This document shows positions 38,273-49,500 of a DNA stretch of 64,000 bases, one piece after another. The notes below the pieces were generated by a model that searched no databases, was not told the DNA's origin, and saw only the letters and a program-made list of their open reading frames with translations. The DNA comes from Ruminococcus sp. (lineage in GTDB: Bacteria > Bacillota > Clostridia > Oscillospirales > Ruminococcaceae). Numbering within the stretch: position 1 is the stretch's first letter; each line of letters opens with the position of its first letter. Both the position numbers and the translations under genes were made by a program. Location of the stretch: positions 12,318 through 76,317 of the forward strand of contig SVNU01000001.1 of NCBI GenBank assembly GCA_015066715.1, in the 5' to 3' direction.

Positions 38273-39862
38273 CTAAATTGTAATATTAAGTGCAGAATCG
38301 GCTACCGAGCTTATAATCGGCTCTGTTTCCGCATCAAAGGAAACATTTCTGTCCGATATTTCTCCAAGCTTGTTTTTAAGCTGTCTGAAATGATTCTGCT
38401 GATTTGCTTCATCCTGACGTCTTTCATCAAACTGATCAAATGCCGACTGTGCATGCATAACTGTTTCAGCTGTTTTTACACTGTTGTTTTCAATTTCAAC
38501 ATTGTGATTGTTCAGAGAAGTCTGAAGTGAAGCCAGATCACGGTTTAAAAGCTCTGCTGTCTTTTCACTTGAAGCTACCAGAGATAAAACGGATTTTCCG
38601 CCTTCGTCTGTAACAAGCTTTACCAGTATTTCGCCAAGTCCTTCCGGTCTGAGCTTAACTGTAAATTCGCTCTTGCCATCCTGAAGATTTTCAGAAATCC
38701 CCTTATAAAGCTGCTGATCAGCCGAGCCATACTTTGCCTTGTTCATTTCAAGCTCTGCATATGCTCTGTCAAAGCTTATATCTACCTTCTGTGCAAGCTC
38801 ATCAGGATTTACACCGTTCATGACAGCTGAAAATTCACTGACTGAATCTGATTCCTCTGGAATATCGGCTTTAACATTTTCCCTTACGCTTTTCATAGTA
38901 CGTGCAAAGTCAATAGTTTCACCATCTGTCTGCGGTTGTTGCTGCTGAGTAAAAGAAGCGTTTGCTTTATTGCCTGCCGGAACATAGCTTACAATTTCCA
39001 TCTCTCCGTTTGCCAGCATTTCCTCCGGATTGAAAATCAAACCATCTGAAACACCCTTAACAGAGGCTGTATTTTCAAGATTTCTGAACATCTGATTATC
39101 TGAAATATCAGAAGCCAGCGGAATTCCGTTGCCTGTACTGATAAAATCAAGAAGTCCTGCAAGCTGAAGTGGGTCAACCTTTAGCATACTCTCTGAAAAA
39201 TCAAAACTGTCCTTAACCTGATTGCTGTCAGATAATTCAGATAATAACTTTACAACAAAATTATTGCCGCTTTCATTATTTTCCTTACCAAGCACAGCGT
39301 TTCCGGTTATATTGAGAATTTCAGTAAGCTTTTCAGCCATCGGATTGTCTGTCCAGATGTTTGTCTGCGTCTGCACCGGATCCTTAATATCAGGATTCAT
39401 ATCCGGATTCTTCTGATTATCATTCTTTATAAAAAGATTATTGCTCTCCGCATCCGTATTATCAGTGTTTTTAATAACAAGATTTTCAGTATTATTTGTC
39501 AGCATATCAGCTTCTGAAATAACACCTTCATCAGCCATGTCCGATGCATCCTTCATCAGACCGGAAAAATCCGAAGCAATATCAGAATTCTGCATATTCA
39601 GTACAATATCCGGATTTACGACATTAGTCTGAAAATTCAAAATCTCAAGGGCTTCCTCCATGTTAGGCACACCGGCAACATCCTGCTGTGTCTGCATCAC
39701 AGGTATATCTGCAACCGACTGCTGATTTTGTACAATCATAAGCATTATATCAGCAAAAGACATTCCGGACTCCATCATCTGCATAACATTCATGCCCTGT
39801 CCGGCAGCCTGCTGCAGTATGTCTGCTCTCAGTCCCTGAGTAATCTGTCCTGCGTCCATCAT
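38273..39862 (-). CDS. fliK: Flagellar hook-length control protein
   Basis: Low-complexity N-terminus; C-terminal VKLRPEGLGEILVKL..L...LASLQTSL; between fliJ and flgD; start moved to ATG 39862. Confidence 0.85.
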   Translation of the reverse strand: MMDAGQITQGLRADILQQAAGQGMNVMQMMESGMSFADIMLMIVQNQQSVADIPVMQTQQDVAGVPNMEEALEILNFQTNVVNPDIVLNMQNSDIASDFSGLMKDASDMADEGVISEADMLTNNTENLVIKNTDNTDAESNNLFIKNDNQKNPDMNPDIKDPVQTQTNIWTDNPMAEKLTEILNITGNAVLGKENNESGNNFVVKLLSELSDSNQVKDSFDFSESMLKVDPLQLAGLLDFISTGNGIPLASDISDNQMFRNLENTASVKGVSDGLIFNPEEMLANGEMEIVSYVPAGNKANASFTQQQQPQTDGETIDFARTMKSVRENVKADIPEESDSVSEFSAVMNGVNPDELAQKVDISFDRAYAELEMNKAKYGSADQQLYKGISENLQDGKSEFTVKLRPEGLGEILVKLVTDEGGKSVLSLVASSEKTAELLNRDLASLQTSLNNHNVEIENNSVKTAETVMHAQSAFDQFDERRQDEANQQNHFRQLKNKLGEISDRNVSFDAETEPIISSVADSALNITI

Positions 39863-39902
39863 AATTTCACCACCTTTCACTGTAAAAAATATTTATATAT
39901 AA

Positions 39903-40343
39903 TCATTCGGCAGTAAGCTTAAATGAGAGGAATTCTTCAATTGAAGCCTCATTTTCCTTAATTGCCTGATGATCATATTCAGCCTTTTGTTCTTCCCGAA
40001 GCTTTTCGAGACCAAATACATCCTGCGAAAGGGTAACGACCTTTCTTCTCTGCTTTTCAATTTTCATATCCATAAGATTGATCTGATATGTAATCTGTGT
40101 CTGCTCACGCTTTATACCATCCATCTGCATGCTGTAAAACATAAGCTTTGAAGCAGTAGTTCCCTTTGCAACCTCCTCGTTCGATTTTTCACGAACCTCA
40201 TCCATTATAACATCCAGTTCCTCGATACGTTTTTCGTATTCGTTTTTTTCACGCCGGAGTGCCATAAGAACATTTTTTTCTGATTCCAGAATCTGTTTCT
40301 TGTAATCATACATTTTTTGGAGAGAAAATGTAAATTTTTTCAT
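39903..40343 (-). CDS. fliJ: Flagellar export protein FliJ
   Basis: MKKFTFSLQK..YK, LEKLRE; coiled coil; follows fliI. Confidence 0.88.
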   Translation of the reverse strand: MKKFTFSLQKMYDYKKQILESEKNVLMALRREKNEYEKRIEELDVIMDEVREKSNEEVAKGTTASKLMFYSMQMDGIKREQTQITYQINLMDMKIEKQRRKVVTLSQDVFGLEKLREEQKAEYDHQAIKENEASIEEFLSFKLTAE

Positions 40344-40358
40344 TTATATCCCTCCGTA

Positions 40359-41678
40359 CTACGCAATAATTTCTGTCATCATTGCTACAGTATCCTCAAA
40401 GTCAACCTTTTCACTGACAGGCTGCTGAAGAAATTCATTAATCGCCTGCATCCTTTGTATTGCATCATCAAGCTCCGGATTAGTACCGCTTTTGTAAGCA
40501 CCGATTGAAATAAGGTCGGCATTTTCCTGATAAAGTGACATAATCTTTCTGATTTTTGATGCTGCCTGCTTTTGTTCAGGCGAAGCGATTTCCGACATAA
40601 GACGGCTAAGGCTCGCTGTAACATCAATTGCAGGATAATGATTTTTCATAGCAATTTTTCTTGAAAGCATTATATGCCCGTCAATAATACCTCTTACAGT
40701 ATCTGATACCGGTTCATTTGAGTCATCACCTTCAACAAGAACTGTAAACAATCCTGTAATAGAACCTGTACGGAAATTTCCGCATCGTTCAAGAAGCTTT
40801 GGAAGTGATGCATAAATTGACGGCGTATAACCTCTTGCAACAGGCGGTTCACCGATACTAAGACCAATTTCACGCTCTGCCATGCAGTAACGTGTAAGGG
40901 AGTCCATCATAACAAGGACATCCTTACCCATATCCTTGAAGTATTCAGCAATTGTAGTTGCAGTAAGTGCGCATTTTGAACGCATCATTGCAGGCTGGTC
41001 TGATGTGGCAACAACAAGAACCGACCTTGCAAGTCCCTCCGGACCAAGGTCACGGTTAATAAACTCCATAACCTCTCTGCCACGTTCCCCTACAAGTGCA
41101 ATTACATTTACATCCGCCTTGATATTACGGGCAATCATGCCCATAAGTGTACTCTTACCGACACCGCTTCCGGCAAAAATGCCCATTCTCTGCCCCTTAC
41201 CAATTGTCATCATTCCGTCAATCGCCTTTACACCAAGCTCAATCGGCTGTGCAATCGGAGGTCTCTCAAGCGGATTGGAGCGAACACCATTAATGCTGTA
41301 ATATGTACCTTCAGCAATCGGACCTTTTCCATCAATAGGATTTCCGAGTGCGTCAATTGATCTTCCTATCAGATCCTCACTTACATTAATTGTAAGCTTT
41401 TCATTTGTATTTTCTATAAAACTTCCGTAGCCTATACCATCTGTATCAGAATAAGGCATGAGAAGAACCTTATTGTCCCTGAACCCTACAACCTCTGCAA
41501 GAACCTCTGTTTTATCAGGTCCTTTTGAAAACATCCTACATACATCACCGATATTGCAGTCTATTCCGGTTGCTTCAACAGTCATTGCAACAATCTGTTC
41601 AACTCTTCCGTAAACCTTATAGAAATTATTCATTTTTATATTAGCAGATAACTCTGTCTGATCAAGGCTTACTTTCAT
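40359..41678 (-). CDS. fliI: Flagellar export ATPase
   Basis: GIFAGSGVGKST, LVGERGRE, MDSLTR, GEPP..GY.PS; start moved to ATG 41678. Confidence 0.97.
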   Translation of the reverse strand: MKVSLDQTELSANIKMNNFYKVYGRVEQIVAMTVEATGIDCNIGDVCRMFSKGPDKTEVLAEVVGFRDNKVLLMPYSDTDGIGYGSFIENTNEKLTINVSEDLIGRSIDALGNPIDGKGPIAEGTYYSINGVRSNPLERPPIAQPIELGVKAIDGMMTIGKGQRMGIFAGSGVGKSTLMGMIARNIKADVNVIALVGERGREVMEFINRDLGPEGLARSVLVVATSDQPAMMRSKCALTATTIAEYFKDMGKDVLVMMDSLTRYCMAEREIGLSIGEPPVARGYTPSIYASLPKLLERCGNFRTGSITGLFTVLVEGDDSNEPVSDTVRGIIDGHIMLSRKIAMKNHYPAIDVTASLSRLMSEIASPEQKQAASKIRKIMSLYQENADLISIGAYKSGTNPELDDAIQRMQAINEFLQQPVSEKVDFEDTVAMMTEIIA

Positions 41679-42537
41679 CACTATCACCTTTATCAAGTGT
41701 ATTAATAAATTCCCTGAGATTTTTCAGCTGTTCTGAAATAGTCGCATCAACAAGACCATTTGATGTATTAAGAATACATGTATCCTTTGAAATCCCTTCA
41801 GAAAATATAAATTCCACATTCTGTCCGGATGCCTGAAGCTCCTTTTCAAGTGTATCAACATAACCCGAAAGTTCTGAAGAAACCTCTGCTTTTACCCACT
41901 TTGTATCTCTTACATATCTTATTGCATCCTTGATGACACCATACATAACCATGTCATCATCTTCAATTTTCTGCGAGATAATCTTTTCGCAGATGCTTAC
42001 AGAAAGATGTTTGAGTTCCTTTGCATATTCATCAAAGAACTGATTTCTTTCCTTTTTAATTTCTTCAATTGAATGCGAGATATAAAGTGCAAGATTTTCA
42101 AGCAGAGCTTTTTTCTCCTCAAAGCCTTTTTTAGCGCCTTCTTCATAAGCCTCAGTCTTAATCTGCTGCGCCTGTGCTGCCGCTTCATTTACTATGCGCT
42201 GCATTTCAACATTCGCCTGTGCTATAATGCCCTCTGCCTCTATTTTCGCATCACGTAAAAGCACGCTGCACTCTTTCTGGGCTGAAATTTTCTTTCTGCC
42301 AAGCTCACCTGCAAGCTCCTGACGAAGCTGTTCGGTAATCTGCTGACGCATTTCTTCTTCGAGAGCTTCACGCCTCGCTTGTTCTTCGGCAGCAGCGGCT
42401 GCAGCGGCGGCTGCTTCTTCATCTATTTCTTCTATGGTATCATCTTCGGGAATCGGCTCCGGTTCAAATTCAATATCAGGAATCTGAACAATTCCTTTCC
42501 CCTTTCTGATATCCTCAGGCTTGAATATTTTACGCAA
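41662..42537 (-). CDS. fliH: Flagellar assembly protein FliH
   Basis: Coiled coil with AYEEGAKKGFEE, C-terminal G.VDA.I..QL; between fliG and fliI. Confidence 0.85.
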   Translation of the reverse strand: MRKIFKPEDIRKGKGIVQIPDIEFEPEPIPEDDTIEEIDEEAAAAAAAAAEEQARREALEEEMRQQITEQLRQELAGELGRKKISAQKECSVLLRDAKIEAEGIIAQANVEMQRIVNEAAAQAQQIKTEAYEEGAKKGFEEKKALLENLALYISHSIEEIKKERNQFFDEYAKELKHLSVSICEKIISQKIEDDDMVMYGVIKDAIRYVRDTKWVKAEVSSELSGYVDTLEKELQASGQNVEFIFSEGISKDTCILNTSNGLVDATISEQLKNLREFINTLDKGDSDESKP

Positions 42538-43555
42538 TTATTTCATCCTCTCCGCCCTTGGAAATTACAATCTCACCTGATTCCTCAAGTCGTCTTATGA
42601 TAGCAACAATCTTCTGCTGTGCTTCTTCAACATCACGCATACGTACATTATGCAGATACTGCATATCTGTCTGGATTGTTTCTCTCTGACGCTGCGACAT
42701 ATTGTTGAAGATAACATTTGTAACCTCTTCCGATGCCGCTTTAAGTGCAATTGTGAGATCCTTTGTATCAACTTCTCTGATAAACATCTGAATTTCCATG
42801 TTATCAAGATAGATAATATCATCAAATACAAACATGAGCTTTTTGATTTCTTCTGCAAGTTCTGGATCTTCGTCTGAAAGCTCTTCGAAGATAAATTTCT
42901 CTGTCTTTCTATCGACTCTGTTCATAATTTCGGCAATGAAGTTTACGCCGCCGAATTCAGTAACATCAACAGAAGCAATTGCAGATGCCTTTTTGCTGAG
43001 TACCGACTCAACGATAGCAATAATTTCCGGTGAAGCTCTGTCAAGATTTGATATTCTCTTGATTACATCAAGCTGAATATCACTCGGCAGCTCCGAAATT
43101 ATCTGCGAAGTCTGCTCCGCATTTACATATGAAAGGACAATTGCAATTGTCTGCGGATGCTCGTTCTGGAGCATCATAAGCAGATTCTTATAGTCGACCT
43201 TTCTTAGAAAATCAAAATTTCTCGTTTTATTTGATTTAAGAACCTGATCCATGAGATATGCAGCTCTCTGCGGTCCGAAGGCCTTGTCAAGTACATCCTT
43301 AGCATACGACTCACCGCCCTCGGCAACCACCTTCTGGGTAACACACAGATCATAGAAATCCTCTAAAATCTGCTGCATATCATCAGAAGAAAGCAGGTCC
43401 AGTTTTGCAATTTCACTTGTTATGGCTTCAATTTCATCATCTCTGAGATACTTATATACTTCCGATGCACTGTCAACACCCAAAGCAATCATAATTGCCG
43501 CTACCTTGGTAGCTTGTGTTATCTCCGATTTTTTTTCAGTTTTTGTTGAAGCCAT
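42530..43555 (-). CDS. fliG: Flagellar rotor protein FliG
   Basis: EGG, EHPQTIA, GG, MFVFDDI, NMSQR..VRMRDVEEAQ. Confidence 0.97.
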   Translation of the reverse strand: MASTKTEKKSEITQATKVAAIMIALGVDSASEVYKYLRDDEIEAITSEIAKLDLLSSDDMQQILEDFYDLCVTQKVVAEGGESYAKDVLDKAFGPQRAAYLMDQVLKSNKTRNFDFLRKVDYKNLLMMLQNEHPQTIAIVLSYVNAEQTSQIISELPSDIQLDVIKRISNLDRASPEIIAIVESVLSKKASAIASVDVTEFGGVNFIAEIMNRVDRKTEKFIFEELSDEDPELAEEIKKLMFVFDDIIYLDNMEIQMFIREVDTKDLTIALKAASEEVTNVIFNNMSQRQRETIQTDMQYLHNVRMRDVEEAQQKIVAIIRRLEESGEIVISKGGEDEIIA

Positions 43556-43557
43556 AA

Positions 43558-45168
43558 TTATTCATCACGCTCCTTCAGCATTGAGCGGATAAGAGCTGCT
43601 GTAATTTCAGGGTTATTCTTCGCAAATTCTCTGACTTCAGTCTCTGTAGCCTTTTCCTTCTTGTTATGTTCATCAGCCTGTTCTTCAAGAGACTTTCTTT
43701 CGTTTTCTTCAATAATTTCCTGAAGCTCTGCAAGCTGTGCTTCATGCTCTGCCTGTTCAAGCTCTCTGCGCTTCTTTGCTTTTCTGAGAAGCAGGAATAC
43801 AATAAGCGCTGCAAGAAGCAGTAAGATAAGTAAGCATACGCCACAGATAATAAGAACTCTGCGCTGTTCATCTGTAAGTCCTCTTATCGGAGCAGGTGCC
43901 GGATTATCATCATTATCCAGCGCTCTGTTGTAAACAGCAATTTTTTCTTCCGGAATATTTGTTGCACCCTTTACAAGCTGGATAACAGCATTTCTCTCAT
44001 CTCTTGACATATATGCATCCTCTGTAGTTACTACGACAGCAATTGATGCGTCCTTAACTGTACCCTGTGCCCTTTCAGTCTGTTTAAGGAGATAACCCAG
44101 AGCAAGCTCTACATCATCTTCATAATGCACAGTATCATCACTTGTCAGGTCATCCTCGTCTTCATTCTGATAATTCGGAATATCTGTATTGTTTTCTTCT
44201 CCGACAATACCACCCTCATCAACAGCTCCCTGCTGAGTGTCATATTCCTTATGTTCCTTTTCAACATATCCCTGACCGGTTTCTTCATCAGGAAGAAGCT
44301 GCTTCATTTCCTCAACAACCTTATCGTAGTCAATTTCAACAGAAGCTACCGCATCAACACCGTCAGGATAAATATTCTGCAGAATTTTCTTGGCATTTTC
44401 TTCATACTGCGCCTCAATGGAATTTACATACTCCATCTTTTCTGCAATATCAATACCTGTAGTATCATTCTGTGCTTCAACCTCTTCAGCCGAAAGCATT
44501 TCACGACCGGTTGTACTGTCAATAACAGTTACGTTTTCAGGCTCCATCTGCTGCGCACTGAATGCAACAAGATTCTTAATGGCAGTAACATTTTCAGGAG
44601 TAAATGCCGCACTGTTTGAAAGTGTAAGTGTTACACTTGCCTTTGCCTTGTCATTGCTTTCTTTCCAGGCATAATCATCCGTTTCAGGGAAGGTAATTGT
44701 AACAATTGCACCCTTGACGCCTTCTATTCTTTCAATAGTAGTCTGAAGTCTGTCCTGAAGCTCAAATCTTAATGTCTGTTCCTTTTCAAATTCCGTCATT
44801 GTCATTCCAAGATTGTCAAAGAATGTACCGTATGACGGTGCTGTCTGCGGATAACCGCGTTCAGCCATTTCGTAAACAAGCATGTCCCACTCGGAGCTTT
44901 TAACTTCAATTTCGCCATCCGAATTAATCACAGCTTCAACGCCTTCACTCTGAAGTTCGGCATAAACCTGCGAAGTTTCCTCAGAAGTCATCCCCGGGAA
45001 TAAAACTATGTATTCATCATCACTCGAACTGTTCAGAACAATCGTTATAACAATTGCTAAAATAATTATTCCCGCTGCAACTGCTATAATTGCGATTTTC
45101 AGAGCTTTTGTAAGCCCCTTCCAGAACGTCTTGAGCTTTTCCAAAATATTTTTAAACTTTTCTTTCAT
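43558..45168 (-). CDS. fliF: Flagellar MS-ring protein
   Basis: Two TMs, GMTMTEFE, LQ.TIE..EGV..A.V.I, A.ASV.L, C-terminal NPE..A.LIR. Confidence 0.93.
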   Translation of the reverse strand: MKEKFKNILEKLKTFWKGLTKALKIAIIAVAAGIIILAIVITIVLNSSSDDEYIVLFPGMTSEETSQVYAELQSEGVEAVINSDGEIEVKSSEWDMLVYEMAERGYPQTAPSYGTFFDNLGMTMTEFEKEQTLRFELQDRLQTTIERIEGVKGAIVTITFPETDDYAWKESNDKAKASVTLTLSNSAAFTPENVTAIKNLVAFSAQQMEPENVTVIDSTTGREMLSAEEVEAQNDTTGIDIAEKMEYVNSIEAQYEENAKKILQNIYPDGVDAVASVEIDYDKVVEEMKQLLPDEETGQGYVEKEHKEYDTQQGAVDEGGIVGEENNTDIPNYQNEDEDDLTSDDTVHYEDDVELALGYLLKQTERAQGTVKDASIAVVVTTEDAYMSRDERNAVIQLVKGATNIPEEKIAVYNRALDNDDNPAPAPIRGLTDEQRRVLIICGVCLLILLLLAALIVFLLLRKAKKRRELEQAEHEAQLAELQEIIEENERKSLEEQADEHNKKEKATETEVREFAKNNPEITAALIRSMLKERDE

Positions 45169-45215
45169 TTAAAAAATCATACTCTCCATCAAAAATTCAT
45201 AAAAATCAAATAAAA

Positions 45216-45524
45216 TCAAACCTGCATAGAAAGAATTTCCTTGTATGCATTCACCGCTCTTGTTGTAAGCTGAACTGTGAGCTGAATTGCAGTTGATGCC
45301 TTGGTTGCGTCAAGCATCGCACCCTCAAGGTCGTTTGACAGACCGGTAGATATTTCATAGGCACTCTGAAGTGACTGCGATTCAAGATCCTTTACTTCCT
45401 GAATTTTCGATTTAAGTACATCGCCGAAAGTAACTGTCTCGTTTTTTTCTTCCTGTACAGCACTTACCGGTTTTATAAAATCCGATGAAATCGGTGACAT
45501 ATCCGAGATTGGTACTATATACAT
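45216..45524 (-). CDS. fliE: Flagellar hook-basal body protein FliE
   Basis: FGDVLK..I..V, AVNAYKEILSMQV. Confidence 0.92.
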   Translation of the reverse strand: MYIVPISDMSPISSDFIKPVSAVQEEKNETVTFGDVLKSKIQEVKDLESQSLQSAYEISTGLSNDLEGAMLDATKASTAIQLTVQLTTRAVNAYKEILSMQV

Positions 45525-45543
45525 TTTAAACTACCTCCGATTA

Positions 45544-45969
45544 TTATTGTTTTCCTATTTCAAGAGTTTTAGCCGCCATTGCCTTGATAACCGACAGCGC
45601 ACTTACATTCGCTTCGTATACTCTCGAAGCTTCAAGCAGGTCAACCTGCTCCTCTGTATTGTTTACATTTGAATAGTAAACATAGCCGTCCTCATCTGCA
45701 TCAGGATGCTCAGGGTCATAAACCGCTTTGAAATCCTCCTGACTTTCAACAACCTCAGCAACACGGACACCACCGCCGGAAACCTGTTTCAGAGTCTCGT
45801 CAAAGGTCTGTGTTCTTTCCTGAAAAATAACCTGCTTTCTTCTGTAAGGCTCATCGCTTCCGGTTCTTGTGGTATTCTGGTTTGCAATATTCTGCAAAAT
45901 TATATTTGTACGGAATCTTTCAGCTGTAAGCGCCGAACCGATTGTGTTTATAGAATTTAAAAAAGCCAT
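45544..45969 (-). CDS. flgC: Flagellar rod protein FlgC
   Basis: SALTAERFR..I.QNIAN..TT, PYRRK, YDPEHPDADEDGYV, ASR.YEAN. Confidence 0.95.
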   Translation of the reverse strand: MAFLNSINTIGSALTAERFRTNIILQNIANQNTTRTGSDEPYRRKQVIFQERTQTFDETLKQVSGGGVRVAEVVESQEDFKAVYDPEHPDADEDGYVYYSNVNNTEEQVDLLEASRVYEANVSALSVIKAMAAKTLEIGKQ

Positions 45970-45981
45970 TTTTTACACTCC

Positions 45982-46344
45982 TTATTTGAAGTTGCTGTTT
46001 GTAAGCACATAACGAAGATCATTGATTGCGGAATTAAGCTTACTGATAATTGCCGATGACTGAAGATATGCACTGTAAAGCTCAAGGTTTTCCTTGTCTA
46101 CATCAACATTGTTTCCGTCAACAAGCACATCTGTTTCAACAATCTCCGAAACCTTGGTACTGAAATTGTATCCGACCTTTCCCTTTTCCACGGCATCCTC
46201 AAGTGTGTTTTCAAAAGATACCGTTTTGTAATTGTAGTCAGGAGTATCAATATTTGATATATTCTGAGTATGAATTTCCTGCTTGATACCCATTTGTTTA
46301 ATTCCGTTTTCCATAGCCTTGAAAGCTATTGAATCAAGATACAT
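45982..46344 (-). CDS. flgB: Flagellar rod protein FlgB
   Basis: NISNIDTPDY, DGNNVDVDKE; start moved to ATG 46344 (GGGAG RBS). Confidence 0.92.
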   Translation of the reverse strand: MYLDSIAFKAMENGIKQMGIKQEIHTQNISNIDTPDYNYKTVSFENTLEDAVEKGKVGYNFSTKVSEIVETDVLVDGNNVDVDKENLELYSAYLQSSAIISKLNSAINDLRYVLTNSNFK

Positions 46345-46519
46345 AATAAACTCCCATCTGCCGCAGAATCTCACAACAGAAACGCTTCAAGCGGCAATTT
46401 TTTCTGACACACAGACTGATTTGCAGCATCTGTATGGTTACATTTCTGTTACAATCCAAAGCATACTGCATGCATTACAAGAGACAATTTCACACAATAC
46501 ACCTTACTATTCATTAATT

Positions 46520-46548
46520 AGTATATCACAAAATCGTCTAAATTGCAA
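46520..46548 (-). promoter_or_regulatory. SigA-type promoter of the fla operon
   Basis: TTGCAA-N17-TATACT with extended TG, ~175 nt upstream of flgB. Confidence 0.65.
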
Positions 46549-46598
46549 CAGTAAAATACATTTTTTTTAATATTTTTTCGTAAATCCCTCAAAATAGG

Positions 46599-49500
46599 TT
46601 ACATGCTGTAATCATTTGTCAGCGCAGTTATCGTATTTTCGCCGTTTGGCGTTATTTTCACAAGTTTATTTCTGTATTCAAGTAAATTTTCCCTTTTCAG
46701 GTGATTTATTCTGTTTTCTACAAATACCGGAGCAATACCCAGTGCATTTGAAATATTTTTTAACGATAAGTGTTGTTCCTTGAACTCACCGGCAGCTTTA
46801 AGGATAAAATAATCAAGAATATTAATATTTTCATCCGATGATACTTCGGTATCATTATACTGACCGCTGCTTTTTACCATATCAGACTTACACGGACTAT
46901 ACCCCCTGTCCTCAAGCTTTATATCGGGGATTTCACCGGAATTTCTGATGCCGCCAAGTTTTTTTGTTATGTCGTATATATTATAAAACATGCGGGAGCT
47001 TTCAGGATTTGATGATTTGATAAAATTCTGCGAGCAGCCTGTGATAATAAGGAGTTCCCTGGCTCTTGACATAGCAACGTTAATACGTCTGCTGTCTCTT
47101 GCAAAGCCTATCAGATGCTCCGGATTATTACGCACAAAGCTTACAATTATTATATCCTCCTCCATACCCTGAAATCTGTCAACAGAACCGATTCGCAGGG
47201 TAAAATGTCCAAACCTTCCGCAAAAACCGCTGTTTATAATCTCATCCTCAAGAAGCTTAACCTGTGCGTCATAGAAGGTTATAACACCAACACTCTTGCG
47301 GCAATTGTTGTCAGAAAGGTTCTTTTCAAGAACGCAGAGAATTTTCTTTATTGTTTCAGCTTCATACACATTGTAATAACTGCTGGATTTTTTATTTTCC
47401 CGATATTCTTCGGAATCAGGAATATCATACCAGAGAACATGATTATCCTCACTTATTTCAATCCCCTGACAGCAGTGTTTTTTGTATTCGGATGCCGGCG
47501 ACTCAAGACGTCCCGCATCAGTATTGATGTAAAACTGATTTATCAGCGCCGCAATATCCCTGTGCATACGATACTGTCTGAAAAGCATTGTTCTCATCAC
47601 AGGCTCTGATTTCTCGTAAAGCTCCTCAAAAAGACTCACCTTAATAAGCTCTCTGAGAGTTGTATCCTCCTCGCTGATTTCGTCATAGGCATTACTGTCA
47701 ATAAACGGCGGAAGCTGTTTGTGGTCACCCACAAGTATAATTTTCTTGCCCTTGAGCATTGGCAGAATAATATCCGGCGGTGTACTTTTGCTGGCTTCAT
47801 CAATAATAACCACATCAAATGACGGATAGTTTTCATTGAAATCTTTAGTGCCACTCTGAATACATGTGATACCGATTACATTTGCATTTTTTATATAAAG
47901 ATTTTTAAGAGCATTGAAGCTCTGTCCGCTTGAATCGGAAATTTTTCTGCGCCACTCATAAAGAAGCCTTTTCCATTTATCATATCTTGTGTATCTCACC
48001 TGATAGTATTTATTTACATTATATTCAATCTGTTCGAGACTAATGTCAGAAAGGTCAATATTTTTTAATGCCTTAGCGTAAAAATCATCAGCGATTTTTT
48101 CTTTCAGGTATTCAACCGCATAATTATACTCTCCGGAAATATCGGTAAATTCCTTGTAAAGCTTTTCACCCTTAGCCTTGCAACCATAGTACTGGTTTTC
48201 AAAGTTTTCTCCCAGCGCATCAAGAGAAATGTGATATGACTGAACATTTTCAATAAATTCCACATCATTTTTTATTTTGTAAATCCGTTCGCACAGTCTG
48301 ACAGTTTTAAGCTGAATACTCATCATAAGGTTTTCTGCACGTCTGAAATACAACGCTGCAAGACGGCGCCATTTAAACCCGAAAACAAGCGCTTTTACCC
48401 CCTGTGGTTCAGACTCAAGTATTGCACAGCCTTCATTGTAAAGTGATTCAACCATATTGAAATCCGCATAGTAAAAAACACCCTCATACACGGTTTTATC
48501 CATAATTCGTGAACCGACTTTTTTACAAATGTAGTTAAAATGCTCAAGAAATCTCTCTGTATATTCATTTAAAAAATCAAGCTCGTATTCATACTGGTGA
48601 AGCAGCTGTGAATCAGCCTTAATATCATGATAACGCCTTAATATGTCATTATAAATATCATTTGGGATAATAAAATCCGGCGGATAAATATCCCTTGCCT
48701 TTTCGGCATATTCAATATCATCCGTTTCATATGCTTTTGCAATCAATTCAAAAAAATCCGACCTACGGCGTTTTGCATCCTCAAAAACGCTTTTATAAAA
48801 GTAAAGCTGAGATTCCAGTTCAAGCTTTTCCTTCTGAAGATTCAGAGCATTCTCCGCATATGAAAGAATTTCAGGAAGCCTTGCCCTGTTCTGCTTCAGC
48901 CTTTCCATACGCTGCGTAATGTCCGCATCCATAGACGCAGATTCCCTTGCTATACATGAAATCCACGTTCCTACAACATTATCCTCAACAAAGGGAAGAC
49001 CTTCTTCTTCAACTCTCGAAGTATCTCCTTTTCTGAGAACTCTTATGTCAGCATGGTTCATAACCCTTGAAATTGCATTGTCAACAGCAAGATTTGACTG
49101 GGATACAATAAGTGTTTTAAGTCCTCTTATTGCGTTCTGATAGCATATCTCTGCTATAACTGTTGTCTTTCCCGTTCCCGGAGGCCCCTGAATAAGATAC
49201 AGGTCTTCCGCATTAAGTGCCCCTTCAACGGCGGTTATCTGCTCTGAATTCATATTTTCCGAAAGTAGGTTCTCAGAATCAAGAACAACATTTTCCCCCA
49301 TGCTTCTGTTGGCTTTTTTCGGTTCAAAAATAAATTCGGGAAGTCTTTTGTTCACTGCTTCACCCTTGCAAAGCTTATCAATTCCCGACTTCATACGCTT
49401 GCATGTAATATCTGCCGCACCGTCATAGGCAATAAGCCTGATACCGGCAGACAGCTCCTTCATGACACCGATAACATTATCAGAGAATGGTCTGACAGTC

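Noticed and set aside
42379-42420. GC-rich GCN repeats
   Set aside because: Encodes a poly-Ala linker in FliH with mixed codons; not a contingency repeat.
26060-46344. Non-flagellar type III injectisome interpretation
   Set aside because: Rod, hook, flagellin, stator and sigma-28 genes are all present, so this is a flagellar system.
46345-46598. c-di-GMP-I/II riboswitch or invertible switch upstream of flgB
   Set aside because: No GEMM-like GCAAA/GNRA/receptor arrangement and no long flanking inverted repeats visible.
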